From an uncultured Mollicutes bacterium (lineage in GTDB: Bacteria > Bacillota_I > Bacilli_A > RFN20 > CAG-826): a DNA stretch of 64,000 bases. The stretch's first letter is position 1. Every line of letters starts with the position of its first letter. Both the position numbers and the translations under genes were made by a program. This document shows, one piece after another, positions 55,000 to 64,000 of the stretch. The stretch spans positions 6,043 through 70,042 of the forward strand of contig UQFY01000011.1 in assembly GCA_900540385.1 (NCBI GenBank), given 5' to 3'. The notes below the pieces were generated by a model. The model had not been told where the DNA came from and did no database searches. It saw nothing but the letters and a program-made list of their open reading frames with translations.

Positions 55000-57507
55000 T
55001 TAAGCTGCCTTATGGCAAACAAAGGTGAACTTAGGCGTAGATTGATATGTGTTTGTACCGAAATAGATATCGCAATAAGTTCCTTTATAACATTCCTTAT
55101 TGGAGGAATCTAATCCCTTGGTATAACCACATTTTAAGAGATAGGCCGCATATTTGTTGGCGTAGATTTGACGATCAGAGCTTGTTCCGCAACTCTTATC
55201 CAAACTAATCTCTAAAGTCACGCCATCAATTGGACCATAACTAAATGGATAAGAAGAATCGGTGTAATCAAGAGCAAGATATGGTACGGAATCGGCTGCA
55301 GTTTTTGCATCCGCATCAGACATTCCGAGTTTTTCTTTGAAAACCTTTAACAATTGATAGTTATAGAAACTTGCATAACCCGTTTCCCATGTTAACCAAG
55401 AAGAATTCGCTTTTAATGGAGAGAAATCGATGAAATCCTTATCGGAGAAATAGAATTTATCATTCTCCACGCTGATAGATTGATAGTTAAAGGAGAGTTT
55501 ACGGTATCCGCCATTATTCGGAGACCAATATTCATAGGTAGAAACCTTACCATCTTCCCCTAAGGTGATGTAGGTATCGTAATCTTTTGCATCATCGTCA
55601 TCTTTAGGGAACATCGTTAAGCCAACGCCATCGACAAAAGGTTTCACCGCATATTTGTTCTCAGAGACTTTGGTGAATAATTCAGGATGAGTGCTAAAAG
55701 ACATGAAATCAGAGAGAGTTTTGCCCTTTTGAACATCACCAGAACGAACCGCTCTACCTTCAAAATGATCCGAAGGATCTTCCGTTTCGGCATTTTTATA
55801 AATTAGTTTATAGCTGATGCTAAATGGCTGGACGCCATCTTCCGTCTTTAAATATCCGTAGCTTTCTTTTCCAGAGAATTCTGGGACATAGAAAGAATAA
55901 TCCCCGGTATGGTAATAATCACCGATATCACGATTGGTGATGGTGTTATTATTGGAATTATTGATTTCATGCGCTTGCCAAACGTTATTATCGTTTTGGA
56001 AATAAGAGAAAGCAGTGCTTAATTTTTGATAATCCTCTTCTTCGGAGTTAACGGCATACTTTTCTAAAGAAATAGCGGTAGGTGTTTCGAGATTGGTTAC
56101 GAATTCGTAATGATGCCCATCGGTATAGGTATAGCCTAATCCGTGGAAAGATAAGGCGTTATTCTCATATGTAAGATCTAAGGAACGAATATTTCCGAAG
56201 GTAACATAGTTATAGTCGCAAAGGGATTCAATTATGCCATCGGCTCCTGGACCAAAATAATGGTAGGAACCATCATCTGTTTTTCTACAGGCTAAAGGAT
56301 CGAAATACTCCTTTAAGAAACGATAGGATAAATCTTCCCAAAGGTAAGAAGTACGTTTGCTAGCAATTTCATTATTCCCGTTAATATAGACTTCTTCGGC
56401 ATAACCTGAAGCACTCTTACGGAGATATTGGCAATCATCGATAGCCCCACGGACATTATCATAACGGTTATGAATCTTTTTCTCGTTTTCGTTTGCTTCC
56501 AAAGAAACACTTGCTTTCCAAGAGGAAACGCCTTCGCTAGAAATCTTATTCATTTCCGTTTTGGCTTTAATCTTATTATCAAGCGCCAACTTCGAAGCCT
56601 CTTCAGGCAAAGACTCCGTTGGTAAAGAGAAAGAAGAGATAAAATCTTCTAATTCTTGGTTCACTGTTTCGCCAACTTTCGTGAGGAATCCTTTTGCAAG
56701 AGGGACAATTCTCGTATTCTCATCATCGTTTGCATCTTCCCAAGTATAAAGTTGGATAATAACGGACTTATCTTCTCTCACGCCAAAACGAACTTCGGCA
56801 ATTCTTCCGGTTATGGAAGCATTTTTATACCCAAGCAAGGTCCCGCAAGCAACGATGAAGGCTTGCTTATCGGAATAAATGCCATGTTCCGCGTCATAAG
56901 AAACGAACTCTTCGGTTACACGGTTTTCTGGATTTGCTAAAGAACCAAGAAGGTTCATGCGGTATAAGAAATCGTCTTCATTTGCAGGCGTTCTATAAGA
57001 AGCCCCATCAAGACGGTGGGCATTTGTAATCTTAATCGAGGAGCCTTCCTTATCGTATTCGTAATAAATGTCATTAGGGAATTCCGTTTGGTTATAGCTC
57101 TTTAAAAGAAGGTAACCCGTATTGGCATAATTTCTTGTGATGTATTTACGAGTGACTGTATCTTTTAAAGTAGAAGTCACATTTCCTTCCGTATCATACA
57201 TCTCGTATTCAACGGTATAGTTTCCGGAATTGGCAGCAGCCATAAGCGTGCTATAGATGTAAGCTTTATCACCAGAATTTGTATCGATTGGAGGAACGTA
57301 TTGAGAAGATTCGGAGCTTCCTTTTTGAGAATTGCTGCTAGAACTTTCGCTAGAAGAATCTTTTCTAGAATCGTTACTAGAAGAAGGGGCAATGGAAGAA
57401 ACGTTTTCTTCCGAAGGAATTGTATCATTACTGCTTTCATTCGTGCTTACGCAAGAAAGTAACATTCCTACGCTTAAGCACAACGGCATAAAATATCTTT
57501 TTTTCAT
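55000..57507 (-). CDS. Large hypothetical surface lipoprotein
   Basis: Lipobox GMLLSCVST followed by a long Ser-rich linker. 835 aa with no recognisable catalytic motif. Confidence 0.7.
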   Translation of the reverse strand: MKKRYFMPLCLSVGMLLSCVSTNESSNDTIPSEENVSSIAPSSSNDSRKDSSSESSSSNSQKGSSESSQYVPPIDTNSGDKAYIYSTLMAAANSGNYTVEYEMYDTEGNVTSTLKDTVTRKYITRNYANTGYLLLKSYNQTEFPNDIYYEYDKEGSSIKITNAHRLDGASYRTPANEDDFLYRMNLLGSLANPENRVTEEFVSYDAEHGIYSDKQAFIVACGTLLGYKNASITGRIAEVRFGVREDKSVIIQLYTWEDANDDENTRIVPLAKGFLTKVGETVNQELEDFISSFSLPTESLPEEASKLALDNKIKAKTEMNKISSEGVSSWKASVSLEANENEKKIHNRYDNVRGAIDDCQYLRKSASGYAEEVYINGNNEIASKRTSYLWEDLSYRFLKEYFDPLACRKTDDGSYHYFGPGADGIIESLCDYNYVTFGNIRSLDLTYENNALSFHGLGYTYTDGHHYEFVTNLETPTAISLEKYAVNSEEEDYQKLSTAFSYFQNDNNVWQAHEINNSNNNTITNRDIGDYYHTGDYSFYVPEFSGKESYGYLKTEDGVQPFSISYKLIYKNAETEDPSDHFEGRAVRSGDVQKGKTLSDFMSFSTHPELFTKVSENKYAVKPFVDGVGLTMFPKDDDDAKDYDTYITLGEDGKVSTYEYWSPNNGGYRKLSFNYQSISVENDKFYFSDKDFIDFSPLKANSSWLTWETGYASFYNYQLLKVFKEKLGMSDADAKTAADSVPYLALDYTDSSYPFSYGPIDGVTLEISLDKSCGTSSDRQIYANKYAAYLLKCGYTKGLDSSNKECYKGTYCDIYFGTNTYQSTPKFTFVCHKAA

Positions 57508-57611
57508 TTTTTAACCTCAGGATGACTACATAAATTTATCATTTTTTTAATTTCTTGAAAGAAAAAAATAATTCATTAGAATAAAGAAGTTATCGCTTTT
57601 GGAGGATAATT

Positions 57612-59198
57612 ATGCCTAAGTCTAAAAAATATTTATCATTGCTTATCTTGCCTTTTTTATTTTCTTGTGGGGAAAAGCCAAATGTTTCATCAAGCGAACC
57701 TGCTTCTTCAGAAACGCCAAGTGTTTCTAGCGAAATACCTACAAAGGATGTTTTTTCTTCCTTTATAGAGAAAGGAAAAACCAATATCGGGGTTTTTGAG
57801 ATTCGCTCCACAGGATTCAGCTCGCCTATTTCTACTTATTCTTTCTATGGCGAAAAAGCTCAACTTCAACAATATAGTGATGATTTCAAAGAGTATTACA
57901 AAGAAGGATATAATGCGGACCTTCTTGATGGAGGGATCTTAATCAATGGGGAACAGGGTGCATTCACTTACCGTATTGAAAATAACCAAGTGATGTTAGA
58001 AAGCCCTGTGGGATACGCAACTAATCTCATTGATTTAAAATCCTATGGCCCCGCATTATTAGCGAATGCCTCTCTTTATGAAGAAACGGATTCTTCTTTT
58101 GCTTATACTTCAAAAAAGAATAAAGACGGAAGCTTAGCTGCAGCCAAATATTGGGCGGCTGTTGCTGGTATTAATTCAACATTTGAGCAATATATGGACG
58201 GTTTCTCTCTTATTTTGGATGAGAATCTTGAAAATATCGTCACCATCATGCATTTCCAAATAAATGACCAACAGATGACTTATCAAATCAGACTTACGCA
58301 TTTAGGGGATACAAGCCTTCTTCCTCCAAGTGTGCTTACTTCTTATCTTTCTTCCCCAAAAGTAGTGCCAGCCCCTACGACTTGGACAGAAGAAAGCAAA
58401 GCCTATATCCACGCTAATAAGCCAGTGGAAAATCTTCTTCCTTTCCCAGAAGGAACGACTGCTCAATATTCTGAAAGCTATACAAGCGATGGCATTATTA
58501 TCGTGAATTATGGCGTGAATCTTGTAAGTAGCTACGGCAAACAACTTCTAGCAAAAGGCTTCAAAAAGAGAATGAGCTTAAATACGGAATATCTTCTTGA
58601 ACTTACCCCAGAAGAAGGAGACACCTCTTTCTTATATTCTGCCGCAAAAGTAACGATGAAGTACGCATCCAACGCGACCATGATCTTGATTGAATTAAGC
58701 ACAGATTATCAAAATTTCAACCAAGCCAATGAAGAGCTTTCCCTTTGGAATAACGGAACATATAACAAAGAGTATGACTTAGGGTTAAACTACGCCACTC
58801 TTCCTGAATCGAATAAAGTAACCCGCGTTCATTCTTACGATATGACGTTGGCCATTAAAGAAAAACTCGCTTCGAGTGGCTACGCTAACGATATTCTCTA
58901 TTATTGGCTCGCCGAAGTTGATATTTCTTCTAAAGAAGACGCAATCGCCTATGCCAATAGCCTTTTTGAAGCCCAAAAGAAGAACGGTTTCTTCCTTGAT
59001 GAGAAGACGACCTTAGAGAAAGATGGCTATCTCTATGTGTATAAAGTAAATTCCAAACATAGCACTGAAGCAGTTCTTCGTGTCGTCTTAGATAGAGATG
59101 ATATGGGCGAATATTCTGGAACCATTGTTCTTCAAGCGATTGTTGGTAATTATCAATTGCTCGATCAAATGCTAAAAGAAAACCCATACGAAAAATAA
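57612..59198 (+). CDS. Hypothetical surface lipoprotein
   Basis: Lipobox PFLFSCGEK followed by an S/E/P linker. GGAGG RBS. Divergent from the 835-aa lipoprotein gene. Confidence 0.7.
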   Translation: MPKSKKYLSLLILPFLFSCGEKPNVSSSEPASSETPSVSSEIPTKDVFSSFIEKGKTNIGVFEIRSTGFSSPISTYSFYGEKAQLQQYSDDFKEYYKEGYNADLLDGGILINGEQGAFTYRIENNQVMLESPVGYATNLIDLKSYGPALLANASLYEETDSSFAYTSKKNKDGSLAAAKYWAAVAGINSTFEQYMDGFSLILDENLENIVTIMHFQINDQQMTYQIRLTHLGDTSLLPPSVLTSYLSSPKVVPAPTTWTEESKAYIHANKPVENLLPFPEGTTAQYSESYTSDGIIIVNYGVNLVSSYGKQLLAKGFKKRMSLNTEYLLELTPEEGDTSFLYSAAKVTMKYASNATMILIELSTDYQNFNQANEELSLWNNGTYNKEYDLGLNYATLPESNKVTRVHSYDMTLAIKEKLASSGYANDILYYWLAEVDISSKEDAIAYANSLFEAQKKNGFFLDEKTTLEKDGYLYVYKVNSKHSTEAVLRVVLDRDDMGEYSGTIVLQAIVGNYQLLDQMLKENPYEK

Positions 59199-59203
59199 AA
59201 AAT

Positions 59204-59227
59204 AAAAGGCCCTTCGGGGCTTTTTTT
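59204..59227. terminator. Bidirectional terminator
   Basis: AAAAGGCCC-TTCG-GGGCTTTTT between convergent genes. Confidence 0.75.
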
Positions 59228-60617
59228 AATCCAGTATGTTTCCGATCTGTTCCAATCTTTTTCGGAATATCCTCGGTCGAAGAAGAAAATAAGCGACAGT
59301 GGATACCAAAGAAGCAAGGATATCGGCGATAGGCTCGGCATAAAAGACAAGGAAAGCGTTCTTTGAAAGAATTGGAAGCAGGATCGTTAAAGGCAAAAGA
59401 AGAATAAACTTCCGGTTCAAGGAAAGCCAAATCGAATACTTCGCCTGTCCCATGCCGGTAAGCCCATCAACAAACACATATTGCAAAGCCAAAGGAATAA
59501 CCCCATACATATAAATAGAAATGGTTTGATTCGATATCGTGATGGCTCTTTCATTAGGCGTAGAGGAGGAAAGAGAGATGAAAAGCCTAGCAAAAGGCTT
59601 GCCAAGGAAGAAAGATAAACCAACGCAAAGGGTGCAAAAAGCAAGAGCAAATCCTACAAGCTGCCATTCCGCTTTCTTAATCAAATCCATTTTTCTTGCC
59701 CCATAACAATAGGCAAGTAAAGGCTGAGTTCCGCTTGATATTCCTAATAAAGGACCGGTAACCAAAGAGAAGAAGGCCTGCGTAATGGTCGCAACCTCAA
59801 TATAGAAATCCCCATCTCCTCCCCCAAAGTTTTTAAGGCAAGTGTTCAAACAAATAAAAACAACAGAATCCGTCGCCATGATAATAAAGGGAGAAAAACC
59901 TAGTTTAAAAATCTTTTTGACGATTTTCTTTTCGAGCTTTTGAAAAGAAAGGCGGATGTCCGTCACTTTTAAAAGAAGGATAAGAACAAAAACAAAAGAG
60001 AGGAATTGAGAGATGAGGGTTGCTAACGCCGCTCCGGAAACACCCATCTTAAAAACATAGATAAACAAAGGATCCAATCCGATATTTGCCACGCATCCTA
60101 GCATTGTAACAAGCATCGCTAAAGTGGATTTCCCTTGAGCAATGACAAATTGATTCAATCCCAAAGTAAGGATAGAAAAGAAAGTCCCAGCTAAATAAAT
60201 CATGAAATAAGAATAAGCATAAGGAAATGAAGCTTCGGACGCCCCAAATAGATAAAGAAGCGGCCTTCCTAATGGATAAAAAACAACGACAATAAGAAGA
60301 CTCATAATCAAAAGAAGAATAAAAGAATTAGATAGAATCTTTTTCGCGTTTTCTTCATTCTTTTCACCTAAAGACATGGAGAAAATAGGCGCTCCTCCAA
60401 AACCAATCCAATAGGCAAAGGAAGTAATAAAGGTTGTAATAGGGGCAACAACCCCAATTCCAATCAAAGCAATCTCACCTTCTATAGGAATATTGCCAAT
60501 AAAAATACGGTCAACAATGCTATAAAGAACGCTCACAAACTGGGCTAACATGCTTGGAAGAGCCAAAGATAAGATATTTTTGAAGGTGCGCTTGTCACCT
60601 AAATCTAATTTCTGCAT
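59226..60617 (-). CDS. MATE-family efflux transporter
   Basis: N-terminal ILSLALPSMLAQFVSVLYSIVDRIFIG. 12 TM helices. 463 aa. Confidence 0.85.
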   Translation of the reverse strand: MQKLDLGDKRTFKNILSLALPSMLAQFVSVLYSIVDRIFIGNIPIEGEIALIGIGVVAPITTFITSFAYWIGFGGAPIFSMSLGEKNEENAKKILSNSFILLLIMSLLIVVVFYPLGRPLLYLFGASEASFPYAYSYFMIYLAGTFFSILTLGLNQFVIAQGKSTLAMLVTMLGCVANIGLDPLFIYVFKMGVSGAALATLISQFLSFVFVLILLLKVTDIRLSFQKLEKKIVKKIFKLGFSPFIIMATDSVVFICLNTCLKNFGGGDGDFYIEVATITQAFFSLVTGPLLGISSGTQPLLAYCYGARKMDLIKKAEWQLVGFALAFCTLCVGLSFFLGKPFARLFISLSSSTPNERAITISNQTISIYMYGVIPLALQYVFVDGLTGMGQAKYSIWLSLNRKFILLLPLTILLPILSKNAFLVFYAEPIADILASLVSTVAYFLLRPRIFRKRLEQIGNILD

Positions 60618-60662
60618 ACTAAAAATTTAGAACAAAAGAGAACGAATATATCAATAAAACGC

Positions 60663-61940
60663 TTACAATTCAGGATTATCTTGGTGAGAGATCTCTTCGG
60701 CTTGTTTGGCTAAAATCTTGATTTCTTGCGATTGTTTCTTTGCTAATTCGATTTCTAAGGCAATGGAAACAAACAAACCGAATAGAATAACGAAATAGTA
60801 GGTGTAACCTCTCCATAAAAGAGAGATGGTTTGAGAGGTGGCCCATACAGTTTCACTCGTAAACAAATTTCCACCTAAGCCAATAACAGACAAAGAAGCT
60901 AAAACAACCGCAAAGGCATAATCAATACCTCCGGTTGTGCCAGGCGTAGGAACCCAAACCACAGCCGTAATGGCAAAGGAAGTTCCAAACATAACCAAGA
61001 TATAGACAAAGAAAGGATTCACGTTACTTAATTCGACACCAACCGCTAAAAGTAAGAAGAAAGGAATCGAATAATAAGCCAAATCGGCTAACATACGATA
61101 AAGCAAAGAGAGCAAGAAGGCTTTCTTATGGGTGAAGATTTCTTTAAAAGCAGTTTGTGTCTTATCGCAATAATTCTCAAAAGCCTCAATCTTGCTAGGA
61201 AGAAACTTGCGGAACATCTTCCATTTGGAAATCTTCGTAAGCAAAGAGACTAAAAGGTTACGCACTCTTTTAGATAACCCCAAAAGCAGCATAATAACCA
61301 AAGTTAGAATGTTATTGAAATAACCAATGGCAACGATAATCGTGAAAACGGTTGGATTTAGCCAGCTAGTTAAGCCAGTGATGCCACCTTGTGAAAGACC
61401 CTTAATATAAAAAGGGAAGAAAAAGAGAGCGATAATAGCATAAATATTGGAAGCAACGACATGAACCACAAAAGTAGCAAGGATTGAACCAGTTGCTTTC
61501 GACATATCGGCTCCGCATTCTTTCATCAGATAAACTTCCATTGGCTGTCCACCGAAAGCGAATGGGGTAACGTTGTTATAGAATTGCTCAATCGTGGCAA
61601 TCTCGAATAATCTTCTTTTGCCAACCACCCTATCAATGCCGTTCGATTTACTAAAAGCAATCAAAGAAAGAGGCCATAAAAATAAGAAAATGATTAATAA
61701 GAGAAAAGCGACAAACAACCATACCCAGTGATGATTCTGACCAATGGAAAGGAAAACCTGCTTGATTTCCTCTAAATCGGTGAAATTAGTGATCAATAAA
61801 ACAACGGCGACTGTCAATGCGAGAATCATGATTCCGCCCATAATCGCGGAATTTCTCGTCTTCTTGTCTTTTTTCCTATTGATTTCTTGCAAGTTTTTCT
61901 TTATTTCCTGCAGTTCTTCTTTTTTCACTTCGTTTGGCAT
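60663..61940 (-). CDS. Lysylphosphatidylglycerol-synthase-TM-domain (flippase-like, UPF0104) membrane protein
   Basis: NNVTPFAFGGQPMEVYLMKECG is the family hallmark. Multi-pass membrane protein. Confidence 0.75.
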   Translation of the reverse strand: MPNEVKKEELQEIKKNLQEINRKKDKKTRNSAIMGGIMILALTVAVVLLITNFTDLEEIKQVFLSIGQNHHWVWLFVAFLLLIIFLFLWPLSLIAFSKSNGIDRVVGKRRLFEIATIEQFYNNVTPFAFGGQPMEVYLMKECGADMSKATGSILATFVVHVVASNIYAIIALFFFPFYIKGLSQGGITGLTSWLNPTVFTIIVAIGYFNNILTLVIMLLLGLSKRVRNLLVSLLTKISKWKMFRKFLPSKIEAFENYCDKTQTAFKEIFTHKKAFLLSLLYRMLADLAYYSIPFFLLLAVGVELSNVNPFFVYILVMFGTSFAITAVVWVPTPGTTGGIDYAFAVVLASLSVIGLGGNLFTSETVWATSQTISLLWRGYTYYFVILFGLFVSIALEIELAKKQSQEIKILAKQAEEISHQDNPEL

Positions 61941-62007
61941 AGATGTCAGTTTCCCCTGAACACCTTATTCTAGCATATTTATATGACTATTTTTCTATAA
62001 AAAATAC

Positions 62008-62037
62008 TTGAATATAAAAAATACAAAACAATATAAT
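62008..62037 (+). promoter_or_regulatory. Sigma-70-type promoter candidate for the 62057-63830 operon
   Basis: TTGAAT, an 18-nt spacer, then TATAAT, about 20 nt before the AGGAGG RBS. Confidence 0.45.
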
Positions 62038-62056
62038 ATGTACAAGGAGGTACGAA

Positions 62057-62428
62057 ATGAAAATAACCTGGTTTAACTTAAAACTAGCGGAAGGACAAGC
62101 TAGTTTGAATAAAAACTCCATCACGCTGAATAAAATAGCTATGTCACCCTTTGAGGGAGCATATCGCGTCAAAGTGGGAATGGATGAAAAGAACAACATC
62201 ATCATCCAACCTCTTAGCAAAGACTACATTTCGCATATGGATTTGAATGAAAATGATTATCTAGGAATTCAAATCACAAAGTCTTATGCTAGAATTAATT
62301 CAATTGAATTAATGAGTTTGCTCTCCTCGTGCTTAAAATTGAATCTTGGTAAGGAAGCCATTAAATATCCAACCAAATACAATGAAAATGAGGATCATCT
62401 TGTAATCTTAACGGGGAAAGGAGAATAA
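62057..62428 (+). CDS. Hypothetical protein
   Basis: 123 aa. Strong AGGAGG RBS. First gene of the NfeD/SPFH operon. No motif recognised. Confidence 0.5.
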   Translation: MKITWFNLKLAEGQASLNKNSITLNKIAMSPFEGAYRVKVGMDEKNNIIIQPLSKDYISHMDLNENDYLGIQITKSYARINSIELMSLLSSCLKLNLGKEAIKYPTKYNENEDHLVILTGKGE

Positions 62429-62430
62429 AT

Positions 62431-62883
62431 ATGGAACAGTGGATGTGGATTATTTGGCTTACGATCTTTGTTGTTTCTTTAATCATTGAAGCCATCGGAA
62501 CAGATTTAGTGAGCATTTGGTTTGCTTTCGGCGCTCTTGTTTCCTTAATCATTAGCTTTACCGCTTGCCCATGGTGGGTGGAATTAATCGTCTTTATCAC
62601 CGTCTCTGCGTCGACGTTATTAATTCTTCGTCCGCTTGCCCATAAATGGATGAGAAGAGGCATAACAAAGACCAATGTCGATGAAATCATTAATTCTAAA
62701 GGTGTCATGACAGCAAAATATGACCTTTTGCATCATGGTGAAGTGAAAATCAATGGCGTGATTTGGACAGCCATTGGTCAAAATGAAAAAGATGTGTTAA
62801 ATGTTGGGGATGTTGTAAGTGTCGTTGGCATCTCTGGCAACAAATTAATTGTTAAGAAATTTACCAAGGAAGGAGAAAATTAA
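62431..62883 (+). CDS. NfeD-family membrane protein
   Basis: Three N-terminal TM helices plus a C-terminal OB-like GEVKINGVIWTAIG...GDVVSVVGISGNKLIVK. Confidence 0.8.
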   Translation: MEQWMWIIWLTIFVVSLIIEAIGTDLVSIWFAFGALVSLIISFTACPWWVELIVFITVSASTLLILRPLAHKWMRRGITKTNVDEIINSKGVMTAKYDLLHHGEVKINGVIWTAIGQNEKDVLNVGDVVSVVGISGNKLIVKKFTKEGEN

Positions 62884-62885
62884 CT

Positions 62886-63830
62886 ATGCCTGGATTTGTC
62901 ATTGCAATTATTGTTATCTGTATTGTTCTTTTTATCGCTTTAGTTGTCGTTCTATCTTCGATTCGTGTGATTCGTCAAACGGAAAAAGCCATCGTTGAAA
63001 GAATGGGCGCCTATCATGCGACATGGGGTGTTGGCATTCATTTCTTGCTTCCGTTTGTGGATAGAATTGCCCATAAAATCTCTATGAAAGAGCAAGTGAA
63101 GGATTTCGAGCCTCAGTCGGTTATCACCAAAGATAACGTCACGATGCAAATCGATACTGTTATCTTCTTCCAAGTTACCGACCCAAAGCTTTATGCCTAT
63201 GGTGTTGATAACCCAATCGCTGCTATCGAATATCTTTCTGCTACAACTTTAAGAAACATCATCGGTGAACTTGATTTAGACGGAACTCTTACTTCCCGTG
63301 ACATCATCAATGAGAAAATGAGAAAGATTCTTGATGAAGCAACCGACCCATGGGGTATTAAAGTCAACCGTGTTGAAGTGAAGAACATTCTCCCTCCAAG
63401 AGACATCCGTGAGGCCATGGAAAGACAAATGAGAGCGGAACGTGAAAAGAGAGAAAAGATCCTTCTTGCCGAAGGTGAGAAACAATCCGCCATTCTTATT
63501 GCTCAAGGTAAGAAAGAATCCGAAATCTTAAATGCGGATGCCGAAAAGCAAGCAACCATCCTCCGTTCGGAAGGTGAAGCGGAAAAGACCCGTCAAATGA
63601 AAGCTGCTGAAGCGGATGCCATCAAGATGGTTCGTCAAGCCGAAGCGGATGGCTTAGAAATGCTTAAGAAAGCCGAATGCGACAATAACGTCTTAACTCT
63701 TAAATATCTTGAAGCCCTTGCGAAAGTTGCCGATGGAAAAGCCACAAAGATCGTTCTTCCAAGCAACTTAACCAATATTGCAAGCTTAGCAACCACTATC
63801 AAAGAAGTGGTTACCGATCCAAAAGAATAA
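62886..63830 (+). CDS. SPFH/band-7 (stomatin-like) protein
   Basis: N-terminal TM helix. IRVIRQTEKAIVERMG...TKDNVTMQIDTVIFFQV...LRNIIG, then a coiled-coil tail. Confidence 0.9.
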   Translation: MPGFVIAIIVICIVLFIALVVVLSSIRVIRQTEKAIVERMGAYHATWGVGIHFLLPFVDRIAHKISMKEQVKDFEPQSVITKDNVTMQIDTVIFFQVTDPKLYAYGVDNPIAAIEYLSATTLRNIIGELDLDGTLTSRDIINEKMRKILDEATDPWGIKVNRVEVKNILPPRDIREAMERQMRAEREKREKILLAEGEKQSAILIAQGKKESEILNADAEKQATILRSEGEAEKTRQMKAAEADAIKMVRQAEADGLEMLKKAECDNNVLTLKYLEALAKVADGKATKIVLPSNLTNIASLATTIKEVVTDPKE

Positions 63831-63848
63831 GCATCAAAATTATTCTCT

Positions 63849-63874
63849 AGAAGGCCTAATAAGCCTTCTTTTTT
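63849..63874 (+). terminator. Rho-independent terminator of the SPFH operon
   Basis: AGAAGGC-CTAATAA-GCCTTCT followed by T6. Confidence 0.75.
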
Positions 63875-64000
63875 CTTCCTTTATTTATCTAGAAACAACC
63901 TTTTCCTTTCAATTTTCTTGCATTCTTTATACGATATGGCTATTATTGTTAGGCTGTTTGAAAGAACAGTCCATATCGCGAGGTAGAGCAGGGGTAGCTT

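Noticed and set aside
63940-64000. Hairpin GGCTGTT-TGAAAG-AACAGTC followed by GGTAGAGCAGGGGTAGCTT at the window edge, possibly the 5' end of a structured RNA.
   Set aside because: It is cut by the window end, and I could not match it to tmRNA, RNase P, SRP or T-box starts from memory. The evidence is insufficient.

Overview
Low-GC, lipoprotein-rich monoderm or wall-less-type chromosome segment (Acholeplasma/Erysipelotrichia-like is my guess only). TGA is clearly a stop codon here, because several genes end in ATGA overlaps. At least ten ORFs carry lipobox signal peptides. Backbone content, in order: Tad-like pilus genes, acpP, and tRNA-Asn/tRNA-Glu followed by a decayed serine-recombinase remnant. 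Next come an AbrB-like regulator with an ABC-2 transporter, then a large LacI-linked carbohydrate locus (about 6.3-24 kb). That locus holds two paralogous beta-helix glycosidase-like lipoproteins, an 876-aa orphan lipoprotein, a sugar ABC importer, two tandem GH65 phosphorylases and a beta-phosphoglucomutase fused to the ABC ATPase. Further on are a giant repeat/beta-helix surface lipoprotein, an iron/B12-type ABC importer, a Trk potassium uptake operon, yqeY and tRNA-Trp. The window ends with a SAM-I riboswitch, Sir2, MATE, LPG-synthase-like and NfeD/SPFH genes. Accessory content: (1) two single-gene cassettes, an AlbA_2/Schlafen-HATPase regulator and an AAA_14/DUF4143 ATPase, each bracketed by long hairpin-containing direct repeats. 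(2) An AAA ATPase / RhuM / Nudix / PLD-helicase-DUF3427 island, in which the helicase is interrupted by an in-frame TGA. (3) A compositionally foreign module next to tRNA-Trp. It is bounded by two arrays of 3 x 19-bp repeats, carries an RHH-MTase-Zn-ribbon-HNH fusion, and is followed by a degenerate IS3-family element. Three frameshifts all fall at short homopolymers, so assembly error is a live alternative for the apparent pseudogenes. No rRNA genes or CRISPR arrays were seen.
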